NCBI GenBank assembly: GCA_019057795.1
Contig: JAHLWS010000078.1
Location: 128,001 to 192,000, forward strand
Length of the DNA stretch: 64,000 nt
Reading direction: 5' to 3'
Source of the DNA: Promethearchaeota archaeon
Lineage (GTDB): Archaea; Asgardarchaeota; Lokiarchaeia; Sigyniarchaeales; SOKP01
Shown here: piece by piece, positions 50,530 through 60,159 of the stretch
How positions within the stretch are numbered: the first letter of the stretch is position 1
How the letters are laid out: each line of letters begins with the position of its first letter
The notes under the pieces: model-generated
Told to the model about the DNA's origin: nothing
Database searches by the model: none
What the model saw: the letters and a program-made list of their open reading frames with translations, nothing else
Program-made: the position numbers and the translations under genes

Positions 50530-51906
50530 TTAATTAAACTCCCAGTCAGTCCAAGTTGGGGTCTGATACACTCCTGTTGCTATTTCAGAGGGGTAAATTG
50601 AGCCAAAGGAAGGTACTACGATTTTAGTTCCACCTGCTTGCCACTGACAAAATAGAGTATATCCATACGGATATCCTTCCAAGATATCGTGACTTTCTGT
50701 GAAAACAGCTAATCCACCTGCTCCTGCAAGAGGGTTTGCTGTTGTGATTGTTTCAATTGTAGTGACAATTGTATCCGCGTTGAATGATTGTGCTTCGTCA
50801 AACGCCCAAGCATAAAGGTTTATAGCGTCGTAACTGCCTACTGCCGTATAAATTGGTTCATGATCATATTTTGCTATGTAAGCGTCCCAAAATGGGATGG
50901 ATATATCAGTTTTATTTGTACGATGTAATGATTGTAATATGGTTTCAAATTCACAGTTACCATTAGAATCTGTCCAGAACGAATCTAATTGAGATTGAAC
51001 ATCGATACCAATTACAACAAATCCTGGTTCTTTTGCCTTATAAGAACTCATCATCAGTATACCACCTTGAGCAGAAATGACGGGAATTAATATTTGCGTT
51101 CCGTTATTTTGAATAAGGTCCATATAACCATCCATATCAGGTTGTAGTGTTGTGATTGGATAAGCTACCTTAGCAACTACAGAAAATCCAAATTTGGGAA
51201 GATTTTCAACAAGCGCATCGACCAGAGGCTCTGTCCAATCTAAGTCTTCGTAGAGAATACCAAATTTATATATCGGTTTGTCAGCATAAGCGGCACTTGA
51301 TAATGCGCCAGCATAATATGCTAAAAAGGCAATAATTTCTGCCCCTAAAGAGGATGAGTTAATAGGCATATTTCTAAAGAAATATTTGTATCTATCGTAA
51401 TCGTCAAGGACATTCTGGCAAAAACTATCAGTAGCAGCGCCTGTACCGATAAATGGAATAGAGGCATCCATGACTTCCTCTATATAGACTGCTAACGATT
51501 CAGTTCTGAATCCACCTAGAAGGAATTGGGCTCTCTTATAATTAATGATTCTTTCTGCGGCAGCAACTCCTTTGGTTACATCTAGATTAGGGTTAGATTC
51601 GTCAGTATCATCGGCTGTAATTCCAATGTAATAAGTTTTTCCGTCAACTTCAATACCACCATCTTGGTTAATCTCGTACGCAGCCAAGATTGCGCCCTCT
51701 TTAGCGCCTTTTCCTTGAATGTCTGTCAATCCACCAAGTACGCCTATCCTAATGATTTGATCTTCAGTTATGTCCGTTGGAGCACCAGGGCAATCTGCGG
51801 CAGTCCATTGGTACGGGGCAACTAATATAAATACAGTAACTCCAACACCGATACCAATTACGGCGATGAGAACTATGGCTAAAATTCTTTTAGTTAATTT
51901 TTCCAT
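50530..51906 (-). CDS. Branched-chain-type ABC transporter substrate-binding protein
   Basis: N-terminal anchor, IRIGVLG, EINQDGGI, GGFRTE. Confidence 0.85.
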   Translation of the reverse strand: MEKLTKRILAIVLIAVIGIGVGVTVFILVAPYQWTAADCPGAPTDITEDQIIRIGVLGGLTDIQGKGAKEGAILAAYEINQDGGIEVDGKTYYIGITADDTDESNPNLDVTKGVAAAERIINYKRAQFLLGGFRTESLAVYIEEVMDASIPFIGTGAATDSFCQNVLDDYDRYKYFFRNMPINSSSLGAEIIAFLAYYAGALSSAAYADKPIYKFGILYEDLDWTEPLVDALVENLPKFGFSVVAKVAYPITTLQPDMDGYMDLIQNNGTQILIPVISAQGGILMMSSYKAKEPGFVVIGIDVQSQLDSFWTDSNGNCEFETILQSLHRTNKTDISIPFWDAYIAKYDHEPIYTAVGSYDAINLYAWAFDEAQSFNADTIVTTIETITTANPLAGAGGLAVFTESHDILEGYPYGYTLFCQWQAGGTKIVVPSFGSIYPSEIATGVYQTPTWTDWEFN

Positions 51907-52176
51907 TTCATAATCACTTTTTTAGATAAATTTTTGTTTAACACTATCTAATTCAGATAAACATATATTTAAAGATTTAGAATTTTTTCATTAACACTAA
52001 TCAATATTTGAGAAATAAACAATCTTCAATTTTGTCCAAATTAAATATGAATAAGTTTTTTAAATAATGAAGTCAAATTATTTTTAATATAATTTATTAT
52101 TTGTATTAGATAATTGACTATTAAGTAAATATTGAATGATATTTTATTTAGCTAAAATTAATGGTGTTGATTTTAA

Positions 52177-53046
52177 TTGAGTGATGTTATATTAGATTTT
52201 TTGATATTCGGAACGATTCAAGGTTCAATTTATGCTTTGCTTGCTATTGGATTTTCTTTAGTATATGGCGTAGGGGGAATACTAAACCAAGCTCATGGAG
52301 CATTTTACGTAATAACCATGTACTTATTTTATTGGTTTTATATTAATTTTGCTGGTTTTGGCTTATTTGTAGGAATGATTGTTGGAATAATTGTATGTAC
52401 TATTGTTGGAGGGTTGATTTATTTACTTCTTATTAAACCGATAAAAGATAGTCATGTAGGAGTGGTTATTGTAACATTTGCATTTGCTTTCTTTATTGAG
52501 CAATTTGTAAAAGTTACTGTTGATTCAATTTATCACGATATGCCTCCTCTCATACCAGGATCTATTGAAATTTTTGGAGTCAGTATCTATAATCATTATA
52601 TTTTAATAGTAATAGCATCACTTTCAGTAATTACATTAGTTATCTTATTTATTAATAAATCAAAGATCGGTAAGTCAATACGAGCAGTAGCTCAGGACGC
52701 AGAAGCAGCATCGCTGATGGGGATTAATGTCGATAGAATTCTTACCTATGCTCTTATGATTTCTGCTTTTCTCGCTGCTGTTGCGGCTGTACTAAATGTT
52801 CCAGTTGATATTGTTGCCCCCCATATAGGATGGTCAATTCTTCTAAATTCATTTGCCATTGTAGTATTGGGCGGTTTAGGTAGCTTACATGGTAGCGTAG
52901 TAGGAGCTTTTATTATAGCATATGCAAGAAGTTATACAAATTATTTTCTTAGTCCTGTGTTAAGTGCTCTGATACCAATTATAGTAATTGTTGTAATGCT
53001 TGTATTAAGACCTAGAGGTTTATTTGGGAAAAAAGAGATAGATTAA
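52177..53046 (+). CDS. livH: LivH-type ABC permease
   Basis: YALLAIGFSLVYG, NQAHG, RPRGLFG. Confidence 0.85.
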   Translation: MSDVILDFLIFGTIQGSIYALLAIGFSLVYGVGGILNQAHGAFYVITMYLFYWFYINFAGFGLFVGMIVGIIVCTIVGGLIYLLLIKPIKDSHVGVVIVTFAFAFFIEQFVKVTVDSIYHDMPPLIPGSIEIFGVSIYNHYILIVIASLSVITLVILFINKSKIGKSIRAVAQDAEAASLMGINVDRILTYALMISAFLAAVAAVLNVPVDIVAPHIGWSILLNSFAIVVLGGLGSLHGSVVGAFIIAYARSYTNYFLSPVLSALIPIIVIVVMLVLRPRGLFGKKEID

Positions 53047-53072
53047 TTAGAAAAAAATAGAGTTTAAAAAAG

Positions 53073-54104
53073 GTGATAAAAATAGTAAAAAAATTAGAAG
53101 AAAAAATCTCTGGCTTTCCAAGCTACATGAGAGATTGGATTAAGACTTTTAGAGGTAAAATAACCATAGTTTGTCTTATATTATTAAGTCTTATTCCTTT
53201 ATTAACTCAAAATCCTTATTTTATTGGAATCTTTTTAACGTTTATGATCTATACGATTTTCGCTGCGAGTTGGGATTTTTTAGCTGGTTTTGTTGGACAA
53301 ATTAGTTTTGGACACGCTATTTTCTTAGGGATATCAGGTTATGTTACAGCTTATACTATTGTTAATTTCAATCTTGCATGGTGGCTTGCACTTTTAATTG
53401 GGGCAACAATAGCAGTGCTGTTTGGTTTAATTATTGGGATTCCAGCTTTAAGATTGAAAGGTCCTTATTTAGCTTTAGGAACGCTAGCTATGAGTTTAAT
53501 ATTATTTCAGGTTTTTATAATGGGGACTTTATCCAGATGGTGGGAAGGAACAATTGGAACAGAATTATTCGGAACTGATGGCATATCTCAAGTTCCCTCT
53601 ATCTCTCAGATTCCTGCTATTGAATATTTTATCACCTTTTTGATAATGTGTATATCTTTATTAATTTTAACTCATATCACAAAATCAAATACAGGCACGA
53701 TTTTTAAATCTATTCGTGATGATGAAATAGGAGCAGAGGCTTCGGGGATTAATCTTGCGAAATATAAAGTTTATGCATTCATGATAAGCGGTTTTTTCGC
53801 AGGTATAGCTGGTGGTCTTTTTGTAATGCGTTTTAGAGGTGTAAATCCAGGGATTTTTCAACCGTTATACTCCTTTTACGCGATTATCATTGTAGCTGTT
53901 GGTGGAATAGCTACAATTTCTGGATCTGCTATTGGTGCTTTTATTTTCGTATTTTCGGGAGAACTTCTAAGAGAAACATTAGATCTTTCATTATTGATTT
54001 TTAGCATCATATTAATATTATTCGTGAGATTTGCAGAACACGGAGTTTTAAAACCCGCACTAGAGCGTATTCAAGAAATGTGGGATATTCTATTAGGAAG
54101 ATAA
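53073..54104 (+). CDS. livM: LivM-type ABC permease
   Basis: GQISFGHA, LRLKGPYLALGTL. Confidence 0.85.
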   Translation: MIKIVKKLEEKISGFPSYMRDWIKTFRGKITIVCLILLSLIPLLTQNPYFIGIFLTFMIYTIFAASWDFLAGFVGQISFGHAIFLGISGYVTAYTIVNFNLAWWLALLIGATIAVLFGLIIGIPALRLKGPYLALGTLAMSLILFQVFIMGTLSRWWEGTIGTELFGTDGISQVPSISQIPAIEYFITFLIMCISLLILTHITKSNTGTIFKSIRDDEIGAEASGINLAKYKVYAFMISGFFAGIAGGLFVMRFRGVNPGIFQPLYSFYAIIIVAVGGIATISGSAIGAFIFVFSGELLRETLDLSLLIFSIILILFVRFAEHGVLKPALERIQEMWDILLGR

Positions 54105-54134
54105 TGTTAATAAAATAATATGTAAAATTTTAAT

Positions 54135-54893
54135 TTGGAGATTTTTAAAATGGGAGTGATTTTAGAATTAAAAAATTTAACAAAAAAATTTAGTGGTTTG
54201 ACAGCTGTTAACGATTTTAGTTTTGAAGTAAGCCGGGGAGAATTTACAGGCTTAATAGGTCCAAATGGCGCTGGAAAAACTACATTATTTAACTTAATCT
54301 CAGGACATGAAAAACCTAATTCTGGAACAATTAGGTTTGATGGGCGTGATATTACGGGGATGAAACCTCATAAAATTGTAAATTTGGGGATCGCTAGAAC
54401 TTTTCAACTTGTAAGATCGTTTCGATTTATGACACTTTTAGATAACATTGCAGTATCTTGCCTTTCACCAAGAGGTAAAAAAGTAGCTAAAGAATATGGG
54501 ATAGACGAATACGCGAGTTCTATTTTAGCTGCAGTTGGCCTCGTCGACAAAGCAAGAATACCTCCCATAATATTACCTCATGGTGATTTGAGAAAATTGC
54601 AAATAGGAAAAGCATTAGGCACTAATCCTCAATTACTTCTTTTAGATGAGCCATTTAGTGGGCTTTCTCACGAAGAACAAAAGGGTATAACAGATTTGAT
54701 AATAAGATTGCATGATGATGGAGTAACTGTTTTTATGACAGGACATGTTTTACGAGAACTAATGCACCTAGTGCCTAGAGTCGTTGCTATGCACCAAGGT
54801 AAATATATTACCGAAGGTCCTCCACAAGAGGTTGCAAACAATAAGATTGTGTTAGAAGCGTATTTAGGAAAAGGAAGTGAACAACTTGCTTGA
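54135..54893 (+). CDS. livG: LivG-type ABC ATPase
   Basis: GPNGAGKTT, ARTFQ, LLLDEP, EAYLG. Confidence 0.85.
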   Translation: MEIFKMGVILELKNLTKKFSGLTAVNDFSFEVSRGEFTGLIGPNGAGKTTLFNLISGHEKPNSGTIRFDGRDITGMKPHKIVNLGIARTFQLVRSFRFMTLLDNIAVSCLSPRGKKVAKEYGIDEYASSILAAVGLVDKARIPPIILPHGDLRKLQIGKALGTNPQLLLLDEPFSGLSHEEQKGITDLIIRLHDDGVTVFMTGHVLRELMHLVPRVVAMHQGKYITEGPPQEVANNKIVLEAYLGKGSEQLA

Positions 54894-55590
54894 AATGAGA
54901 AAAATTTATCATTATTATGGAAAAGCTAGAGCTCTCGAAGAGATTAACTTAACGATAGAAGAGGGAGTTCTAGATGCCGTTATCGGTCCTAACGGAGCGG
55001 GAAAATCAACTCTTCTCAGAGTTATATCTGGATTAGAAGAACCAGATAGAGGAAAAATTGAATTTTTGGGAGAAAGAATTGACGGCTTAAAAGCTCATAA
55101 AATCGCCAAAAAAGGAATAGCTCATTGTCCCGAGCGTCGTCGCTTATTTTATGATATGAGCGTAATGGAAAACTTGGAAATGGGGGCATATGCTTTAAAA
55201 AATAAAAAAAAGTTTCACGATTTATTAGATTTTGTATTTGAAGTTTTCCCTCGCCTTAAAGAAAGGAGAAAACAAAGAGCAGGAACGTTAAGTGGAGGCG
55301 AACAACAGATGCTCGCAATCGGTCGTGCAATTATGGCAAATCCAAAATTACTTTTATTAGATGAACCTTCATTGGGTTTAGCTCCTAAAATAAAGGATAG
55401 AATATTTGAAGCAGTAAATAAGATTAAAAAAGAGGGGACTACAACCTTATTAGTTGAACAAGATGCCATATTAGCAATGGAAGTTGGTGAAAACATACAT
55501 CTATTGGAAGAAGGCAAAATAGAAATGAGGGGCACAAAAGAACAGTTAGAAAAAGAACCTCGAATTAAAAAAGTATATCTAGGAATATAG
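54877..55590 (+). CDS. livF: LivF-type ABC ATPase
   Basis: GPNGAGKST, LSGGEQQM, DEPSLGLAP. Confidence 0.9.
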   Translation: MNNLLEMRKIYHYYGKARALEEINLTIEEGVLDAVIGPNGAGKSTLLRVISGLEEPDRGKIEFLGERIDGLKAHKIAKKGIAHCPERRRLFYDMSVMENLEMGAYALKNKKKFHDLLDFVFEVFPRLKERRKQRAGTLSGGEQQMLAIGRAIMANPKLLLLDEPSLGLAPKIKDRIFEAVNKIKKEGTTTLLVEQDAILAMEVGENIHLLEEGKIEMRGTKEQLEKEPRIKKVYLGI

Positions 55591-55601
55591 GGTGATAAAA
55601 A

Positions 55602-56948
55602 ATGTCAGCTTCTTTAGAACGATTGTTAAGGGATGCAAGAATTGATTTAGTTTTATCAAGAATTGAAAAAGATTCATCCGTTATTGGTGAAGTAATAAAA
55701 AATATGGATAGTGAAATCCGTTCTATCAGGTTTAATTCAATATTTGTGTTAGGTGAAATAGGAGAGAAATCTGGCGAAAATGCAGTACTTAAAATAACTG
55801 AATACCTAGATGATGATGATTGGAGTATCCGTCGAGAAGCAGTAAGATCTTTAGGAAAAATTGGAAAACTTGCTGAATCCGCAGTACTAAAATTGTCTAA
55901 ATATTCTTCTGATAATGAAGCCTCTATCAGAACTGCCGTAGTTACTTCACTTGGAAAAATTGGTAAAGCTACGAACGAATCTCTAAATTCTCTTAAAAAC
56001 GCGCTAAAAGATGAAAGCGAAGAGGTGCGTACTAAAGCAGCTAACGCCTTAGGTTTATTGGGATCTGAAGCTTTCGAGGTTATCTCCGATTTAATGAGTA
56101 GTATTAGCGATCCAAGTTGGGCTGTTAGAACCGCTTCAGCACGAGCAATGAGTGGTATTGGAAGAGGTACAATTAAAGCAATTCCTACATTGATAAGCGC
56201 ACTTGATGACAAGGATTGGAGGGTTAGGTATCATATTGTTAATACACTTACTCAAATTGGTGAAGCGTCTGTTTCTCATCTACTAAATACTTTAAACCAT
56301 AAAAACAGAGTTGTTAGAAAATGTATAGTTGAAAGTTTAGGAGAATTAAATATAAAAAGTCCAGAAATAATTGAAAATATAGCGATAAAACTAAAAGATA
56401 AGAAGGAAGAAGTCAGAGGAAAAGCAGCCGATTCTTTACGGAGCTTAGGTAAAGAAGCCGTTCCTGCTTTAACTAACGCGCTTCAAAATGCTAATAAAAA
56501 GATGAAAATCGTCATAATTTCCGCGATTGGAGGGATTGGATTAGATGCCATTGAGGCAATCCCTCATTTGATAACTTCATTAAAAGGTGAAAAAACTTTA
56601 GTACGCGTAGAAGCAGCTCGAAATCTAGGCGCAATTGGTAAAGATTCAGAGGAAACGTTAGTAGCTTTAGAAGAAGCCTTGAACGATAACAAAACTATTG
56701 TAAGGAGAGAAGCTGCTCTTTCGTTAGGTAAAATTGGAACTATTTCGGAGAAAGCTATTCCTTCTTTATTAAGAGCTTTAGATGATAAAAAACCAGATGT
56801 TAGATGGAGAGCGTCTGAAGCCTTAGGAAAAATTAAAATAAACAAGCCTGAGGTAATTTCAGCTTTAAAAAACCTAATTCATGACGAATGCGATTATGTT
56901 TGCGAATCCGCTGATTTCGCAATAGATAACATTACAGAAAATATTTAA
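55602..56948 (+). CDS. HEAT/PBS-lyase repeat protein
   Basis: Repeated D...VR..AA.ALG.IG units. Confidence 0.9.
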   Translation: MSASLERLLRDARIDLVLSRIEKDSSVIGEVIKNMDSEIRSIRFNSIFVLGEIGEKSGENAVLKITEYLDDDDWSIRREAVRSLGKIGKLAESAVLKLSKYSSDNEASIRTAVVTSLGKIGKATNESLNSLKNALKDESEEVRTKAANALGLLGSEAFEVISDLMSSISDPSWAVRTASARAMSGIGRGTIKAIPTLISALDDKDWRVRYHIVNTLTQIGEASVSHLLNTLNHKNRVVRKCIVESLGELNIKSPEIIENIAIKLKDKKEEVRGKAADSLRSLGKEAVPALTNALQNANKKMKIVIISAIGGIGLDAIEAIPHLITSLKGEKTLVRVEAARNLGAIGKDSEETLVALEEALNDNKTIVRREAALSLGKIGTISEKAIPSLLRALDDKKPDVRWRASEALGKIKINKPEVISALKNLIHDECDYVCESADFAIDNITENI

Positions 56949-57028
56949 ATTCTTACTCATTTTCTTTCAAAAATAAATTAAAATGAAAGGATGTAAAATT
57001 AATATAATTAAAATAGAAGGTTTGAAAA

Positions 57029-58714
57029 ATGAGTGAAAACCCTTATGCAAAAAAACCTTGGTTGGAACATTACGACGAGAATGTACCCCATCATATAGAT
57101 TATCCTAATATGAATATCTACGAATTTTTAGATAATTCTGCAAAGGATTTTGGCGGTCGAACTGCAATTTGGTTTATGAAAAACAAGGTCACATATAAAA
57201 AGTTCAAAGATATTGCTGATAGACTCGCAACTGCTCTCGTTAATTTAGGAGTTAAAAGAGGAGATATCGTAGCAATTATGATTCCAAACTTCCCCCAATT
57301 TATTTTCAGTTATTACGCTATATTAAAAGCAGGCGGAATTGTTACGGCTTGTAGCGTACTCCACACTGAACACGAATTGGCTTATCAGCTTAATGACTCT
57401 GGAGCAGAGATCCTAATAGCTTGGGACAACCAAGTTGACAAAATTAATAAAATAAGAGATAGAACCCGGTTGAGACATGTTATAATAACAAATGTTTTTG
57501 ATTATACAATGATGGCGCCAAGAAACCCACCTGAGATCGCTGGAACGATGCAGTTTATAAATTTAATTAATAAGACAAAACCTAATCCCCCAAAATTCGA
57601 AATAAATGCTAAGGAAGATATTGCGTGTTTACAATATACGGGAGGTACAACTGGATTACCTAAAGGTGCAATGCTTACCCATAGTAATATAGTCTCCAAT
57701 TGCATAGCAACTCACAAGTGGTTAGGTGCGGAAGTAAAAAGAGGTAAAGATACTGGGCTTACCAATTTACCCCTCTTCCATATATATGGTCAAACGGTAT
57801 GTATGAATATCTTGATTTATAATGGCTCAACCATCGCTTTAAATCCAGACCCCCGCGATCAAAAGTCTTTATTCGAATTAATTAAAGCTACTCGTCCATC
57901 AATGTTTCCAGGGGTACCAACAATGTACATGCGTTTGTTAGAACGAGACGACTTAGAAGATTATGCAAAAGATCTTAAATCTATAAGAATTTGTAATACT
58001 GGAGCAGCACCGATGCCCCCAGAGGTTCTTAAGGAATTTGAAGAGAGGACAGGCGGTAAAATTATCGAGGGTTACGGACTGACAGAGACGTCACCGGTTG
58101 CTACTAGTAATCCTATTCAAGGAGAAAGGAAGATAGGTTCTGTTGGAATGCCAATTCCTGATACGGAACTAAAAATCGTAGATATTGACGATTATACCAA
58201 AATTATACCTCTTGGCGAATCGGGTGAAATTATGATAAAAGGACCTCAAGTTATGAAAGGTTATTGGAACAAGCCTGAAGAAACTGCTGGTCAAATAAAG
58301 GGTGAATGGCTTCTAACAGGAGATATCGCGAAAATGGACGAAGATGGCTATTTCTTTATAGTTGATAGGAAGAAGGATATGATAAATGTTAGCGGTTTTA
58401 AAGTTTACCCGAGAGAATTGGAAGATGTATTATTTGAACACGAAGCTATTGAAAATGCTGCCGTAATTGGGCTTCCTAATCCGGATATACCCGGTAGTGA
58501 AAAAGTAAAGGCGTTTATCGTTCTTAAGGATGGATATAAAGAAAGTGAAGAAATGGAAGCTGAAATAAAGGAATTCTGTAGACAAACTGTCGCTCCTTAT
58601 AAAGTTCCTAAATTTATAGAATTTAGAAAAGAACTTCCCGAAACCCTTATTGGTAAAGTTTTAAGAAAGGAACTCAAAGAAATTGAAGCCAGAAGGCGTG
58701 GAGAAGAAGTTTAA
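57029..58714 (+). CDS. Long-chain fatty acid-CoA ligase
   Basis: YTGGTTGLPKG, EGYGLTE, TGD, GKVLR. Confidence 0.9.
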   Translation: MSENPYAKKPWLEHYDENVPHHIDYPNMNIYEFLDNSAKDFGGRTAIWFMKNKVTYKKFKDIADRLATALVNLGVKRGDIVAIMIPNFPQFIFSYYAILKAGGIVTACSVLHTEHELAYQLNDSGAEILIAWDNQVDKINKIRDRTRLRHVIITNVFDYTMMAPRNPPEIAGTMQFINLINKTKPNPPKFEINAKEDIACLQYTGGTTGLPKGAMLTHSNIVSNCIATHKWLGAEVKRGKDTGLTNLPLFHIYGQTVCMNILIYNGSTIALNPDPRDQKSLFELIKATRPSMFPGVPTMYMRLLERDDLEDYAKDLKSIRICNTGAAPMPPEVLKEFEERTGGKIIEGYGLTETSPVATSNPIQGERKIGSVGMPIPDTELKIVDIDDYTKIIPLGESGEIMIKGPQVMKGYWNKPEETAGQIKGEWLLTGDIAKMDEDGYFFIVDRKKDMINVSGFKVYPRELEDVLFEHEAIENAAVIGLPNPDIPGSEKVKAFIVLKDGYKESEEMEAEIKEFCRQTVAPYKVPKFIEFRKELPETLIGKVLRKELKEIEARRRGEEV

Positions 58715-58810
58715 TCTGAGATATTACCCAACTCTTACATTTTATAACTATTTTTATTTTAACAATTTATTTTTTAATTAAACCAATTTTTTCATTTCTA
58801 CTCTTATATT

Positions 58811-59401
58811 ATGAATGTAGACGAAATACTTTCAGCTGTAAGAACTTTCGCATATAATAATTCTGAAAATGACGATCTCCATGGTTTTAAACATGTTGAG
58901 CGAGTACTTAATTTATGTGTGCAAATAGGGACTGCTTTAAATGCGAATTTATTAGCAATTAAAATAGCTGCCTTACTTCACGATGTTGGTAGAATTCATG
59001 AGAAAAAAAATGCTGCAAAGAATCACGCTGAGTTATCCGCTGAAATGGCTGAAAAATTTTTACAAAAAACTAACTTCAATATTAACATTGACGATATTGA
59101 AAATATTATTCACAGCATTCGAGCGCATTCTTTTTCGAATAAAATAAAACCTACAACTCTTGAAGCAAAAATATTGTCGGACGCAGATAAACTAGACACG
59201 CTTGGAGCAATAGGTTTATACAGGACAATTATATATTCATTTAAATTGAAAAATGGTGGAATAGAGAAAGTAATTGAACATTTAGAAAAAAAAATAATAA
59301 AATTAAAAGATCGAATGTATTTAGACATTTCAAAAGAAATAGCAAAAGAAAGACAGAAAATTATCTTAGATTTTTATTATGAAATAAAAAAGGAAGTGTA
59401 A
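58811..59401 (+). CDS. HD-domain hydrolase (C-terminus probably cassette-supplied)
   Basis: HGFKHVERV, LLHDVG, DADKLD. Confidence 0.85.
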   Translation: MNVDEILSAVRTFAYNNSENDDLHGFKHVERVLNLCVQIGTALNANLLAIKIAALLHDVGRIHEKKNAAKNHAELSAEMAEKFLQKTNFNINIDDIENIIHSIRAHSFSNKIKPTTLEAKILSDADKLDTLGAIGLYRTIIYSFKLKNGGIEKVIEHLEKKIIKLKDRMYLDISKEIAKERQKIILDFYYEIKKEV

Positions 59402-59547
59402 TATCTAAATTTTTATACTTTTTTGAAAACCACCTTCATTTTTCTTTCCTTTCAAGTCCTATATTCGAACATAAAACTTCTTGTCACAATTTGTTCTTTA
59501 AATATAACTATCATAATTAGGTAGTAAAAGAATTATGATAATAAATT

Positions 59548-60159
59548 ATGACAAACTATATTGAAGATTCTTATATTGGATCAGAATATGATGATATTTT
59601 TAATGATTGGTATGAAATTGAGGGCGCAAGAAAAATAAAGGAACTTTCACGCCAACTCCGAACTTTTTTCAATTATAAGGCTGAAGTAATAAGATATCGA
59701 TTTCGACCCAGTCCGAATCTTGCCGAAAATGATACAAACACTAAATATTACAGTCGAAAGCAAGAAACTGAATCATTAACTCGTGAATTCATAATCTTGT
59801 TAAAAAAGCTTAAGAAAAATGGACAAACACTTGAGCAAGGGATTCAATCTCTCTTTATTTTCAATGATAAAGCACATTTTAATAAACTTTCAGCCATAAC
59901 TGAGAAATTATCCATGTTACTTCACTATTTTTCAGAAGAAAGCCTTTACATTCATCCTAAATTTCTCAAATTTAGCGTGACATTAGCACAACACCTTTGT
60001 TTAGTGAAAAAATGCTTGAATGCGCAATTTAGCGAATTTTTTGAGGAACTTGAAATAAATTACAACAATTTAGAAGAAGAACTTGAAGACTTAATCGAAA
60101 TCACGCCAATTAAGAAGCAAAAATTAAAAAAGCAACTTGAGGAGAGATTAACTTCATGA
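59548..60159 (+). CDS. Cassette ORF-A copy 3
   Basis: Homologous to the other two copies; ATGA overlap with ORF-B. Confidence 0.85.
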   Translation: MTNYIEDSYIGSEYDDIFNDWYEIEGARKIKELSRQLRTFFNYKAEVIRYRFRPSPNLAENDTNTKYYSRKQETESLTREFIILLKKLKKNGQTLEQGIQSLFIFNDKAHFNKLSAITEKLSMLLHYFSEESLYIHPKFLKFSVTLAQHLCLVKKCLNAQFSEFFEELEINYNNLEEELEDLIEITPIKKQKLKKQLEERLTS

